A DNA stretch of 64,000 bases from Octopus sinensis (taxonomy: Eukaryota), in assembly GCF_006345805.1 (NCBI RefSeq), contig NC_043000.1:16554001-16618000 (forward strand), given 5' to 3'. Shown here in pieces: positions 1 to 13,314 of the stretch; within the stretch, counting starts at the first letter, position 1; every line of letters begins with the position of its first letter. Under the pieces are notes generated by a model. That model was not told the DNA's origin and made no database searches. It saw only the letters and a program-made list of their open reading frames with translations. The position numbers were made by a program, and so were the translations under genes.

Positions 1-276
1 TGTCCAAATTTAGCCAAATGCGTTTTCTTCAATATTTAATTTTGCTTGCAATAGCTGGTTCTTTTGGGAAAACTGTTGCATCTTCAGATGCTAAGATATG
101 AAAATTGTCAAAGTGTAATACAATGGTTTAGCATTTTTCAAAAGTGTAGAAAGTCCCACACTTTTCCAAAAATATTTCTGACTGCAAATATGCATGGAGT
201 TACAATTTTATGCACCCAACAAAGTATTATTGTTAAGCTGAAACTGTTGCTAATGTAAAAAGAAACTATTTTATTG

Positions 277-591
277 TAAAATATAATTGCCAACCAAGTG
301 TGGTGGTCCCATAGAGGACGATGCTACTGTTCCTTTTAGCCCCAGGAGAAATCTCCAGCTGGCTAACTACACTTTGTTTGATTAGTATTTGTGAGGGGAA
401 ATCATCGGACCCAGAAATGCAGGTCTGTGTGTATCATGTAAGGCTAGAGATGGGAACGATGATTTCAGCTTGCAAATACTAATCAAGACGCAATGTGTTG
501 TTAGCCAGCTGGAGATGTTCACCTGGGGCTAAAAACAACAGTAGCATCGTCCTGTATGGGACTGTCACATTTAGTTGGCAATTATATTTTA
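277..591. mobile_element. Foldback/MITE-like element, an almost fully palindromic ~315-bp sequence
   Basis: Left arm taaaatataattgccaaccaagtgtggtggtcccatagaggacgatgctactgtt...aatcatcggaccc (277-~411) is the near reverse complement of the right arm (~452-591). Loop is about 40 nt, with no ORF. Confidence 0.8.
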
Positions 592-693
592 TGATTCTGT
601 ACTGCTACTGTTTACTTTTTGCTTAGAGATTTATTGCCTATTTTATCATTTTTCTGAAAAATCACTTTGGACAATTATGCTTAATAGCAAGAG

Positions 694-696
<3 letters not shown>

Positions 697-745
<49 letters not shown>

Positions 746-766
746 AGTGTGTGTGTGTGTGTGTGA
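697..766. repeat. (GT)n microsatellite
   Basis: Direct dinucleotide run. Confidence 0.95.
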
Positions 767-1219
767 GTGAGACGATGATGGATTTTGCTTAACTGGGTTC
801 ACTCAAGCTGTTAGGTGCCTGAAGGCTATATTAGAAAACCTTGCGGTGAGGCAACAGAAAGCCATGCAATCAGGATGGAAACTTAACCATGTCTGTGCCT
901 ATCAGTTCTCTGCTTTAAAAGCATGGGTTTATCATAGGTCTGCTGGATTGAGGCTGGTCTAGAAGTATTTATTGGTTATATTGAAAGCAAAATAAATTGG
1001 TTAATATATCTTAGCTTTCAGTCATTCAACTGTGTTCATGCTGGAGTGCTTTCTTGAATGATTTCAGTCTTTGTTTTTAATGTTTGATACTAATTTTGTC
1101 AATCTCTTTTGCCAAACCAATAACCTACAAACTTGTCAAGTGATGGTGGACAAACACACATGATGGGCTTGTTTCCATCTACCAGATCCACTCATGGCCT
1201 TGGTCAGCCTGAGGCTATA

Positions 1220-2178
1220 CGAGGGACGTTCAATGAGTAATGCCTCTGACCCACTTGCAGATGTTTGATCTAGCTGAAATTTTGCATATAGATTAAGTGG
1301 CAAATTACAGCTCTGAACTAATTGTGGTTTCTGACTTACAGGTATTTGAACTGAGTCAAGTGTGAAATGGAGCCTGTTGAGTGTCGAGCAGTGATCCAGT
1401 TTTTGTATTTGAAAGGACGCACACCAAGGGAGACTTTTGATGAAATGAAAGGAACTTATGGTGATGATGCCCAATCATATGACCTTGTAAAACGTGAATT
1501 CAAACATGGTCGGAACTCTGTGGGAACAACTCCCATATCTGGTCGCCCCCCTTCTGCCATTGATGAGGCATCTGTCCGTGAAGTTGAGGCTGCCATTTTG
1601 GAAGATTGACGCATAACTATTTGCCAAATAGCCCATGAGGTCAAGAATAGTACCGAGTCTGTGGAAACTATCATTCATGATCATTTGCATATGCAAAAGG
1701 TGTCTGCCAGATGGATTCCCAGGTTGCTCACACCTTTCCAGAAGCAAGAACACGTTGAGTGCTCGAGGATGAATTTGGAGATGTGCCAAGAAGATGAGTC
1801 AAAATTTTTCAAAAGACTGATTACACAGGATGAAACCTGGGTCCATCACTATGATCCAGAGACCAAAGCCCAGTCAATGCAGTGGAAGCACCGTGACTTA
1901 CCTCCTCCAAAGAAGGCAAGGTCATGCTCATAGTCTTCTGGGACCTGGACGGAGTAGTAATGACAGATTCCCTGGCAAAGGGTACCACAATTATGCTTCA
2001 CTTTTGAGGAAATTAAGAGAAGCTATCAAAATCAAAAGGCAGGGCAAGATCAGCAAAGGCATCCTCCTCCTGCAGGACAATGCTCCGGTCCACAACTCTC
2101 GTGTCGCCAGATCAGAAGCACAGGCATGCGGCTATGAACTCCTCCCCCACCCCCCTACTCTCCTGACCTTGCACCGAG
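1220..2178 (+). mobile_element. Mariner (Tc1/mariner, irritans-like) DNA transposon, 3'-truncated, with pseudogenised transposase
   Basis: TA then left TIR CGAGGGACGTTCAATGAGTAATG at 1220. Broken ORFs give MEPVECRAVIQFLYLKG (HTH), WIPRLL, ITQDETWVHHYDPE (first D), LLQDNAPVH (second D) and HPPYSPDLAP at ~2147-2176. There is a stop at 1607-1609 plus frameshifts, and no right TIR was found. Confidence 0.9.
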
Positions 2179-2891
2179 CACCTCATAGATATCCAGCTCA
2201 ATGGGTTGTATGCCATTTGTACTTACCCACTTTCAGTCCTGTTTTGCTTGTTGGATCGTTCACCCCTTGGTAGTACAGTAACTCTTATTCTTTTTAGAAC
2301 TTTCATCCCTCAAACTTAAGTCTCAATCTCAGTTTCTTTACATTTTCAGACATGTGCACAAATTTAACTTTTATACATACATGTCCTTAGCACATACACA
2401 TCGGTGTACCTATATACACATACTACCCCCAGAAGTACAGACATACCCAAATAATGCAGATGTCCTTGGCACATATGAACATATATATATGTGTCTTATA
2501 TTCACACACTAATCTGAAACGTCAACACAGTTCTCCATGCAGTGTCTCACTAATTGCTGAAAGTTGTTTTCTTCTCATTTATCTAATTCTGTCACATTTA
2601 AAATGTCTCTAACATAGGCAACATGACTTCTCAGAGCTCTGTTTTTAACTTTGTTTTTCTCTCTCCTGTTCTTTCTCCACTGTTTTTTTTTGTTTCTGAT
2701 GAAGGTCTTCAGTCCGAAATAGATAAGAGAAGTCATTTCTACTTCTCTCCAAACCTAGAAATAAGACCGATTTTACTGTAATTATTTTCTTTTGAATAGC
2801 CACTGTCTAAATATTTTATGGAAGTCGGAAGGTAATACTTGATGATCGGAAACCAGAAAATCTGAGTACTGAAAGTCAGAGCCTTTTAGTT

Positions 2892-3120
2892 TTAACCCTT
2901 TTGTTACCGTATTTATTTTGAGATGCTCTGTGATTTTCTCAATTATTTTAGATGTAACAAAGAATTTAGTTAAATAACTTAGTTATCATTAAGCTCGTGT
3001 TAGGAACATAAATTGTGACTAAGGTTTGGTGGAAGATTTTAATTCATAACTTATGAAAACAAGACATTTGTACCACAGAGCCAGAGCTGGTTTCAGCCGG
3101 GTTGGTAATGAAAGGGTTAA
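2892..3120. mobile_element. piggyBac-type non-autonomous element (TTAA-CCCTT...AAGGG-TTAA)
   Basis: Termini ttaaccctttt...gaaagggttaa with TTAA at both ends, about 230 bp. Confidence 0.7.
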
Positions 3121-3698
3121 TGTATTAAAAGAATATTCTACATTTGTAGTGAGTTGGCATGTAAAAAGTACTCAGCACACTCTAAGTGGTTGGCATCCAG
3201 TCACAGAAACAATGCCACAACAGATAGATGGAGTCTGGATAGCTTGATGTCAAAACGTCCAACCCATGCCAGCACAGAGAGTGGATGTTAATTGATGATA
3301 TATAAACGTGTGTGTGTGTCTACTTGTCTTGACATAATATGCTGGTTGTGAACAGATATCACTGTCATACAAGTGGTGCAATTCATTTGCAATTTTCCAT
3401 GAAGATATGCCCAGCAATTATGTTCTGTTTAAAAGACTATGGGAAAATGTTAAGTTGCTTGGAAACCAACAAGGTTTGGCATCAGGAAGGGCATCTAGCT
3501 GTAGAATCTTCGCCTTAATAAAAACACTACCAGCATCACATATTTATGTATGTTAAACAGTTGTAGCGAAGGTATTTCACCTAAGAGAAGCCCCTTTAAA
3601 GACATAACATTAAGAACACTGTTTACATCAAAGCTAGGCAAAATGAAAACTGCTCTGGAAGTAAACGAGAATGACATGGATATTTTGCAGTAATTTCT

Positions 3699-3883
3699 TA
3701 TTTATTTATTGCCCACAAGGGGCTAAACATAGAGGGGACAGGCAAAGGGATTAAATCAATTGCATCGACCCTGAAAGGGTGAAAGGCAAAGTTGACCTCG
3801 GCAGAATTTGAACTCAGAATGTAATGGCAGACGAAATATTGCTAAGCATTTTGCCCAGTGTGCTAACGTTTCTGCCAGCTCGC
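3699..3883 (-). mobile_element. tRNA-derived SINE, family B
   Basis: Reverse complement of the element at 45355 and 63204 (gagctggcagaaacgttagc...gagttcaaattc...ccccttgtggg), with small deletions. Confidence 0.8.
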
Positions 3884-4169
3884 TATCTTTATTATTTTGC
3901 AGTAATTTCTGCTCATCAGTGTCATATACTTGTGTCACTTCTGAAATCAATTCAAATTGCAAGTGAAAAGTATTTGCCTCCATGAATTTTTTCTGATCAG
4001 TGCAAGTATGGAAAAGTGGGTATTGAAATATGATGATGATGTATATGTGTGTGTTCATTCATTTTGGTTTTCCAAGCTAGCACGAGTTGAGCAGAAACAT
4101 TTCTTGCAGCAAAAATTTGTGGCTGGATGTCTTTCTTACTGCGAACCCTTGTCTGTTTTACAAGTATAG

Positions 4170-4553
4170 TTTTACTCTTTTACTTGTTTCAGTCATTTGA
4201 CTGCGGCCATGCTGGAGCACCGCCTTTAGTCGAGCAAATCGACCCCGGGACTTATTCTTTGTAAGCCCAGTACTTATTCTATCGGTCTCTTTTGCCGAAC
4301 CGCTAAGTGACGGGGACATAAACACACCAGCATCGGTTGTCAAGCAATGCTAGAGGGACAAACACAGACACACAAACATATACATATATACGACAGGCTT
4401 CTTTCAGTTTCCGTCTACCAAATCCACTCACAAGGCATTGGTCAGCCCGAGGCTATAGCAGAAGACACTTGCCCAAGATGCCACACAGTGGGACTGAACC
4501 CAGAATCATGTGGTTGGTAGGCAAGCTACTTACCACACAGCCACTCCTGCGCC
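4170..4553 (-). mobile_element. tRNA-derived SINE, family A, full length
   Basis: Reverse complement of the copies at 35089, 37412 and 40948. A-box TGGCTGTGTGGT, B-box GGTTCAGTCCC, tail GTAAAAGA repeats. Confidence 0.9.
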
Positions 4554-4869
4554 TATATATATTTTTTTTATTCAACTGGTATTCAAATGTGCAGAGAGAC
4601 TGGAGGTATTGTCTGTAAGGAATATAACTGTTTTTTATTTGCTCAGGCAGTGACATATGAAGACATGGAACAACAACAATTATGTAGGTACATATGCACA
4701 ATGTCAGACAAACATACATATTCCACTCACAAAGCACAGTTCCACCCAAGGCCAAGTTGATACTTGGTCATGGGTCATGCCTGTGAATTAGTAGTAGGGC
4801 ACAAGCCCAAAATTGCAACAATTCTAATGATTCTTTTAAAAAAGATAAACAACAACATGGTGAGACTTA

Positions 4870-7296
4870 TGGAAGCTGTTTTTATTTTTATTAATATTTT
4901 TTTATCATTATTAATATTATTTCTTTTTGACAAGAAAAAATTCACATCTCCACAAACATTACAAACCTAGTAATTAAGAGTGAGAAAATACAGAGCCTTT
5001 ATTCCCAGAGTGCATTAGAAAGTTTGCAGTCCCAGAGAGAGAGAGAGAGAAAGGGGGGAGAAGAGAAAGAGGAGTATGTCTATAAAGATAGCTTGAGATT
5101 ATTACAATAAGCATAAGTGACATTAGGCAGGTCTGAAGTAAACAAAGAGAAATGGGCAGGGAAAATAGCTTAGCTGAAAAAAGATATAGCTTATATTGTA
5201 AGCAAATTAGGGCCTTATTTTTGAAAATTTGATTGCATTTAGGAATTGTTGATATATTAATTATTCTGTTTCTCTAGATATATATATTGTTTCTTTGAAC
5301 AGTTTGGTACTGTGGTGAAACAGATATAATATTGAATAGAAAACTGTTAAGCAGCTGTTAAGCAAAACACTAAATAATGTGTGCATCAAAATATTGACTC
5401 GAGATAGCATAGTTTAGTTAGCATACAGAGCGTGGATTCTTTGTTGTGATTGTTGTGCTTGCTGTTGTAGTTATTTTCTTGTTCAAAATTCAGAACTGTT
5501 TAACATACATTTGCAGACACACACACATGCATACATACATCCATACAAATAGAGCAACTAACTGTAAAAGTATTTAGTATTTATTATTAGTAGTATTATA
5601 TTATTAGATATTCTTTTTCATTTTTGTATTCGTATATCTTGAAATACTTCTCTTATCTATATTATTATTATCAAAGAGATTGGCCTGAGTAGAAGAGCAA
5701 GCCGTGTTCTGGATAATGGCTGATAATGTTGAAAAGCCAGTGATGGAGGAAATAGAGAAGTGTGCAGCATATTAATATTTTACTTAAACGACATTAATAT
5801 ATATAATGCTGCAAGAGAATGTTCCAGTAAGGAAATTAGAAGACGTTTTATACAGCTAAGGGGCTTTTCACTGTACCTGTCTTCGTCAGTTCCTTCTGGC
5901 CACTTTCTTGACTTTCATGAACTTTTACAGTAGTGTTGGCTTTTAGTTTAGGTCGCTGAAACAGTTCTGTCATTTTCTTTTGTCTATTGTTTGTTAAATT
6001 TTGTTGTTTAAACTTCTTAGGAAATATTGTCTTCGTATCAGGAGTTTTCTTGTATGTCAGGGTTACACGAAAAGTTTTCAGATTTAAATAGGGTTTGTAT
6101 TATAATTATTTTTTATTTTTTTTTTTTGTGTGTCAAGGGAAATCTTGGAATGAGAGTAAGGTCACAGATAAGGTCACATTGCAGCAGGGTTCAAAATAGG
6201 CTGCTATTGTTTCAAGTAGAAAAGTTATCAGTTTTAAGGTTTTACAAAATTTATATAATTTACACCTATATTCCTCGTTAAACATCATATTAATTATTGC
6301 AAATATGAAGAGAACTACAAGAGGTTTTGTTGTTTTTTTTTGTTCCATTAAGAAAAAAAATTAAAATATCTTTCGAAAATTACATTAACAACAAAGTTAT
6401 TTTGTATTTGTAATGGATTAAACCAGCTGTTTAGGAATTTAAAAAGTAAAAACAAAAAAAACACACTAGTTCAGGTCATTTGAATTAAGTAAAGGTCACT
6501 TATTTTCCTAGTAAGGACTGTTAAGGTCCTTTATTGATGGACAGAAAGTCTCTTTAATTCCAAGCATATCTTAGACATCTTAGAAGAAAGTCATTATAGA
6601 AGCAACTTTAATTATCAATGGACATTAAGTTTTAAATATTCAGAGTTTTCCTTCCAAGTGAGTTGAGAGAACTAGGGAGTGGGAAGCTTTGAGATTCGAG
6701 TTCCTTTAAAGAAATCCCCAATACACTTGGGTAAACTAAGGCAAGAAAGAATTCAGATATAAATAAATATTGTCAAGAGTTTTCAGACAAAAGAACAAAA
6801 TGGTTAGCAAAACTTACACAATTCTTTAAAATTTCAAATTATCAGGTAGGTTAAAAAAAAAAATCATTGCTCTAATATATATAGATGTTTCTGCGAGAGC
6901 AAAAACAATCATCAAAACAAATTACAAAAAAAAAAGCAAAGGTAACTAAAATGAGACAGTTTTGTGGGGGGTTGAGGAAGGATTTCAGATGATATCAAAC
7001 AAAACAAACAATTGTTAAAAATGAAAATAAGAATAATGTAGAAAAAAAAAATTGGGGAAGGCAGAGAGAGAAGAGGATTTGCACTTAACTTGGAATGATG
7101 CACAAAGCATGTTGGAAGTTTGCAAAAGACTTTTTGCAGTCAAAGCAGCAGAGATAGATAGATAGATGGAGATGGGGGTTGGTATTAAGGAGATCCAGAG
7201 ATGTCTTCATTGATATGAGAGAGAGAGGAGGGTAGGGGGAAGATGTTTTTATTTTTAAGGATGGAGTAAATTGCTAGAAGACAACAGGACTGGAAG
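4870..7296 (-). other. Probable long 3' UTR of the giant minus-strand gene
   Basis: About 2.4 kb with no recognisable SINE directly after the stop at 7297, and minus-strand AATAAA (tttatt on +) at ~4881. The true poly(A) site cannot be fixed from sequence. Confidence 0.4.
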
Positions 7297-7498
7297 CTAG
7301 ACATCGTCTTCCAGACACTGTCGTTGGTCAAATTCACTTGGAGTTTGCATAAACTGGTCAATAATTTGCTGCATGCTTTCACGCAATTCTTCTGGTGTTT
7401 CATTCTGTTGTTCCACACGAGACTCTTCTTGAATAAATGTTTCTTCTCGTCCGTCTCGCATGTATGTCTTTTTGTGAATTTCTTTCTTCATCATTAGG
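7297..7498 (-). CDS. Terminal coding exon of putative giant ankyrin (…SLMMKKEIHKKTYMRDGREETFIQEESRVEQ…LEDDV*)
   Basis: Acceptor ttctttctcctgctactag|C. Its phase 2 matches the donor of exon 10127-10187 (AG|C = Ser). Stop TAG at 7297-7299. Confidence 0.8.
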
Positions 7499-8489
7499 CT
7501 AGTAGCAGGAGAAAGAACGAAATTTAAAACCCAAACGAAGCAGAGGATAGCAAGAAACAAAAGATGTGACAAAATTGCATGTATAGTTAATTTCAATTAA
7601 ATAAATAAATTGCCTGTCTAGGAATTTCCAGTTCGACATTGGCTAAATGCTATTTTCCTCATGTAAGTTTCTTTCGGTTTAACCAAATATCCAAAGAACT
7701 TAATCTGATAGAGATTTTGTAAAAATATGAAACCATTTAAAGAACATAAAAAAACAAATTATGCTGGTTAGTAACTTCCATGCTAAATTTTAGAGCCATA
7801 TTGTCGTATTATTATTTAAAAGAGCAACTGGCTTTGCAGACATGCAGACAGCAAAACGTTTGTCTTGCAAATGATAATAGAAATAAATTCAGCTGTCAAA
7901 GATAATAAAGGCATAATTTTACAAGAAACAAAGCGACTGGATTAACAGGTAAAGAATTATGTTAAAAAAAGAAAAGGAGCAATTCTAAAATTGATGAATA
8001 TTTTTGTTTTAATAAAAAAAAGAAATGTAAATATAAAAAAAAAAATATATAATAAAATAGGTCTTTGAGTTGAAAGAATTTGTAACAACTTTAATTCTTT
8101 CTGCTGTATTCTTGAAACTTGAGAAATAGGAAGGTTGCCCCTCCTTAGATTAGCTGGGAGAGGAATGTATCCATAGAACAATGTTAACTCTAATCGAAGG
8201 TGATTTCGTCAACTGACTATTGATCTGAAATAAACACTAAAATTAACCATGTCTTGTTTGACACCAATGTTGATGTAGTGGCCACCATTCTAGAACTGTT
8301 TACATTTGTATCCAATGTTAGACATTTAAATGTGTGAGTGTAAATATAGAAGAAATAACTGGCAAAAACAGAATGTATGTGTCTCCCTACCTATCTAGAT
8401 GGGTCCAAACTGAGAGGGACTTCTCATCTCATTTCCATCAAAAAAGTGTCTACACTTGTGTATGTACTGTCTCTAAATATGTGAAGGAA

Positions 8490-8775
8490 TGAGGCCTAGT
8501 GGTTAGGGGGATTTGGGCTTATGATCATAAGATAGTAGTAAGTTCATTTCCTGGACTGGGCAGTGGATTGTGTCCCTGAGTAAGGTATTTCATTTCACAT
8601 TACTCCAGTCTACTCAACTGGAAATGAGTAGCAGCCTTATGCTGGGGCAACCTTCTCTCCTTCCAGCTGTCATATTCTTGATATTCCACTGGATCGAAGG
8701 TAAAAGGGCCAGAAAGGGTGTCTATGTCCACTCAAGAATACATAGGCATCTAAAACAATTAACAAAAGCATGATA
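8490..8775 (+). mobile_element. Degenerate tRNA-derived SINE, family D
   Basis: Head ggcctagtggttagg...gttcatttcc and core tgtgtccctgagtaagg, shared with the copies at 41631 (+) and 38800-39135 (-). Confidence 0.6.
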
Positions 8776-10126
8776 CACACTGTCAAGCCATACTCACTTG
8801 CAATTGACAGTAATGATTATGTGTGAGTGCATCTATGTACTGTCACTATACTGGCCTCTGCTCCTCAGAGGTGGCTGCTCTCATGCCATCTCTGCACAGG
8901 CATTTCTGATTCACTCATCTCTCCTCTCTTATCACTAATATTGTCTCCATTACCCCACCAGGCCCTTTACTAATCACTAGATCCCCACCGTTCTTTCCCA
9001 GAATAGCTCTCTGAACTTCCCTGTCTGTAGCCATTGTCCAAGAGGAATGTTGTGTTGATCTAAGACATTAGGGTGGTGTGGACTGCAAAGCTCATAGGTG
9101 TGATCATTTCCTCTAGATCACACCAATCAATAAAATAATAAGTAACATGAAGACAGGACTTCTAAAAATGGTAAAAGAGAAAGTTAAGTAACCTCTATAT
9201 ATTTCAAACACAAAGGCACTTTATTAGAAGTGAATGGCTTAGAAATGTAGGTTTATGTAGATCCTGCCATGTTGATTGCTGTAAGAACCACAACCCTGCT
9301 TTGTCAGAGTAGTCGTAGGTTTTGTATTTTATTTCTGTACTAGCACTATGACCCGGTGTTGCTGGGTCATAGTGCTAGTGCATGCATATACAGCTGTGTG
9401 CGTGCACACATACATGCGAATACTGTCCAAATCTCCGACCAATCACATACAGCTAGCTGGCATTCAACTGGTGTATCAAGTTTCAGGCATTTTGATTGGG
9501 TTTTGGATAGAAAATTCACAAAAAAGTCACTTCTATTGATTTTTTTCATGTCTTTGCAGGGTGACTTGGGAAATGTAAAGATGTGCACGACCACCCTTGG
9601 ATGGTTTTGAATGACCATAGAAAGTGCGGGCCCTCTAACTGAAAAATTGTGAATTTGTATAAAGGACACACACACACACAGACAGTCATTTTGCCATTTA
9701 TATATATATAGAGATTATAATGCTCAAAGTTAACTTCAACAGAGCTCTTCTTCCAAAATAAAATAAAATTGAAAGTGTCTCACAGATCTCAAATTAGTAC
9801 TTGTAATAGCTTACATGATATTGAGTAATATTGAGTAATTCTGTAATAGTAGCAAGGTGTAATAGTAGTACTTCTCATGTGATAGTAAAGTATTATGTGT
9901 TGCTAAATACTGCTGTAGTGATAATATCGTGTTGCATCAGTAGTAGTAGTAGTAATAGTAGTTTGTCTGACTATTAAAGTTGCAACAAAACATATCTGCA
10001 ATAGCAATATGAGACAGAAACAGCAGCAACAATCAAAGATGACAAACCCTGCCCGATGCCTATCACCCCCCACTTCCACTCCACAATCAAAGTACTAATC
10101 TAAGTGTGGTCAATCAACGCTGTTAC

Positions 10127-10187
10127 CTGGTAGCTTGGGCACTGTCCTCAGTTTCGGCATCAGGCGCCACATCGGAATCTCGTCGGT
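10127..10187 (-). CDS. Penultimate coding exon, 61 nt, phase 1 to 2 (DRRDSDVAPDAETEDSAQAT)
   Basis: Acceptor tctgcttccgtttctcaag|AC and donor CAG|gtaaca. GC-rich island whose phases bridge the phase-1 exons and the phase-2 terminal exon. Confidence 0.8.
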
Positions 10188-11269
10188 CTTGAGAAACGGA
10201 AGCAGATAAAAGACGATTGGGGGGGAAAAAAGAACAAAAACAGAAATGATATATGGAGCACATTAGACATGAATGCAGCATGAACATAATTATAAGGTGT
10301 CAGCCATCAGAGATTATTAGAGAGAGAGAAAGAGATGTGGCAAGAAACAGAGGTAGGAGATGGTTGTTAGTCTGAGAAATTTCATTGCTGGTGCTTTGAG
10401 GTGGAGAACAGATGTGCAAGAGGCCAAAAAGCATGTGTCTTTAAGTACTTAAGTTACTCTGGTGAATATTCCAAGCAAAGATAGTTGCATGTTGAATGCT
10501 CTTGAAAACGGTGGTTGTATGTTGTCCAGTTTGGCAAAATCATTAGCACCAACTCCATGTTGGCCAGCTGTATACACAAACATACACACATGCACATGAG
10601 ATGCAAGATCTTTTTGTTGAAGACAACTACCTGTTAAGTATGGAGGAAAGTGCAGTGAGCAGCTTAATGCAAAAATGCAGTTCAATCACCTGTTGAGGCT
10701 GGACTCACATCTTGCTTTGGAGAGAACATTTGTCTGAAGTCTTTGAAGATTAACATAATCCACTGGTTAACCAATTTTATTAGGAAAGGTTAAGCAACAG
10801 AATACCGGTTCCATTTGTGGGAGTGAGTATAATTTACATATCAACATCATTTAACATCCTTTTTTCTATGATGGTAGGGATTAGACAATTTGACAGGATC
10901 CAACGAGCTTCAGATCTATACTGATCTCTTGTATTAGCTTTGGCATGGTTTCTATGGCTGGATACCCTTCCTAATGCCCCCCTCCTTATATGATACATAA
11001 ATTTTCCCATTGCACAGTAACTTGGGCAATGCTTTGTTCTACAGCCACAGGTTGACAAATACTTTGTGACTGGCAACTGATTGACCAAGACTGAAACTTC
11101 AGATAGAAGCTCATTGCATGCATACAGACACATGTATGTATGTACGTATACATACATATATTTTAGTATAATATAATACAACTTTTAGGTAGTTATAGGC
11201 TGAGAACAATTGAAGAGTGAGTTATCTGAATAATGTAACCTCACAAAATGATTCAAAGAGTATCTATCT

Positions 11270-11405
11270 ACCAAATCAGCTGCTGACAAGATTTTGATTG
11301 GCCTAGGGCTATAGTAGGAGATACTTTCTCAACACGTCACACATTGGGACTGAAACCCAGAACCATGTGGTCGGGAAGCAGGCTTCTTACCACAGAGCCA
11401 TGCCT
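11270..11405 (-). mobile_element. Degenerate family A SINE fragment
   Basis: gggactgaaacccagaaccatgtggtcgggaagcaggcttcttaccacagagcca matches the family A head, reversed. Confidence 0.6.
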
Positions 11406-11418
11406 TCCTATATATATA

Positions 11419-11457
<39 letters not shown>

Positions 11458-13094
11458 GTCTATATGTATATATAAACACAAACATACACATATACAGTAA
11501 TACCTCACTTTACGAGACCTCGGATTTACAATTATTTACAAGTTTTATTTCCTGTTTACCAGATTTTGCTTTACAAGCCTACTTCGGGAACAAATTAACT
11601 CGTACTTCAAGGCATTACTGTATATATGTATATATATAGAAACACACACACAAACAAATATATATTTGACAAAATGTATGGGTTGTGTGTAATGTAGCTA
11701 TTTTCACTTGTCCCCTTCCCTCTCCCTCCACACCCACACGTGTATTTCTTTAAAAAGAAAAAAGCTCAATAAACCAGGAGACACCATTTCTAATGAGTGA
11801 AACGCTAAATAAAGATCCACTATATTTATGACACATCTTTTCTCCACCTCTAACCAGATATTAAAAGCACTTTTTGTTAAGACTAAAGCAGAAAATAAAG
11901 TAAACAGTTTATCGTTTCTCAATAATAAAGATGTATAAAACAAATATTACATTAGTACCATACAATATATAACAATATATGTATGTCAACTTGTACATAC
12001 ATATATATACATTCATATGCACATATATATATATATAGCATTGGATAGATACGAAGCAACAATATTAAAATATTTTAAGCAAGCTATTTGCAAGATAATT
12101 TTTATTACATTGCATGGATTAGGATAAAATAATCGTCTTTATCATTAATTTTGATATAGTTTTTAAATATATATTTTTTATCTTTTGTTTCTAACACAAG
12201 CATAGCTAAAAGCTGTTTTGAAACAAACAACAAAAGTCCTACAAACAAAAACATTTAATAATAAAAAAAAGAATTATAATACAGAGATAAATAAAGTAAA
12301 ATAACATTAAAAAAAATATGTATGTATAAAATAAAGAAATATAAATGTATAAAATTGAAGTTTGTAGGCTTTGTCAATGGCAGAATAATCTGTGTCTAAC
12401 TTGTGAAAGCAACTGAAGGAAGCTATACAACTAACTGGAAAGACTATCAATGTTACAGCTGTTCTGATTGGTTGATTCTGTTATCTTTTTTTGTTTTGTT
12501 TTGTTTTCACATTTGTCACATATTCTAATGGATATTTTTTTTGTGTGACTGAAAACATAGAAGTGAAAAAACATTTAAGTAGAGAACACTTACTAAGGTT
12601 ATCCAGCACTAAGATAGACTAAATGTTGGTGGTTATGAATACTTCCAAGATAGTGTCTATAATAAGATGTATTGCTTGGACAAGAAAATGCAACCAAACA
12701 TTTGCAGAATTCTTGACCTATGAAACAGTTGCCCAATACTTTGACCATTTAGTCATATCACCTCATTTGGTCCTGCATTTTCATCAACTTTAACAATCTC
12801 TATACATACAGAATTGCCAGAATACACCAGATAAAAATTATCTCAGATGAAAAATCAGAGGTTCATATCGTGTTACAAGCACTGGATCTGTTCTTGGGCA
12901 AAGAATTTAGTTCTGATACAATTGGTTAGCTTGTATGGCCGAAGTGTTCAGTTTCTTTGAGGAAATGTTACATGTGAAAAACAAATGTCCTCTCTGGGTG
13001 AGAATGACCAGTCTCCTAACATTTTGGAAACTAGAAATAAGCACCTGACTATATCGATTCTTTTGATTCACAAAAAGATCAGAAATTTTTTTCC

Positions 13095-13314
13095 TTAACC
13101 ATTTAGGCATTCAAATGCAAAGTTTATTTATTTCCTTGTTTTGACTTAATCATGCATTAATTATCTCATAGCTTTCAGATTTCAATGATGTGATTGTTTA
13201 TTTTTAAAACGACATAATAGGATATGTGCAAGAAGCCTGATTTGGCAGCATTGAACATAAAATAGGTTAAGATATTTGGGTTGGATAGAGTTGGTTTAAA
13301 TTCTGAAGGGTTCA
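13095..13314. mobile_element. Degenerate piggyBac-type MITE
   Basis: ttaaccatttag...ctgaagggttca, with internal sequence shared with the 14437 and 44535 copies. Confidence 0.6.

Noticed and set aside
5848-6099. 83-codon stop-free minus-strand frame (…ELTKTGTVKSPLAV*) downstream of the stop
   Set aside because: No convincing acceptor in the needed phase and no recognisable homology. Probably chance in UTR sequence.
12594-12608. 15-nt candidate microexon (tag|TGCTGGATAACCTTA|gtaagt)
   Set aside because: A competing AG 10 nt upstream, poor pyrimidine tract and non-consensus exon end make it too weak without reads.
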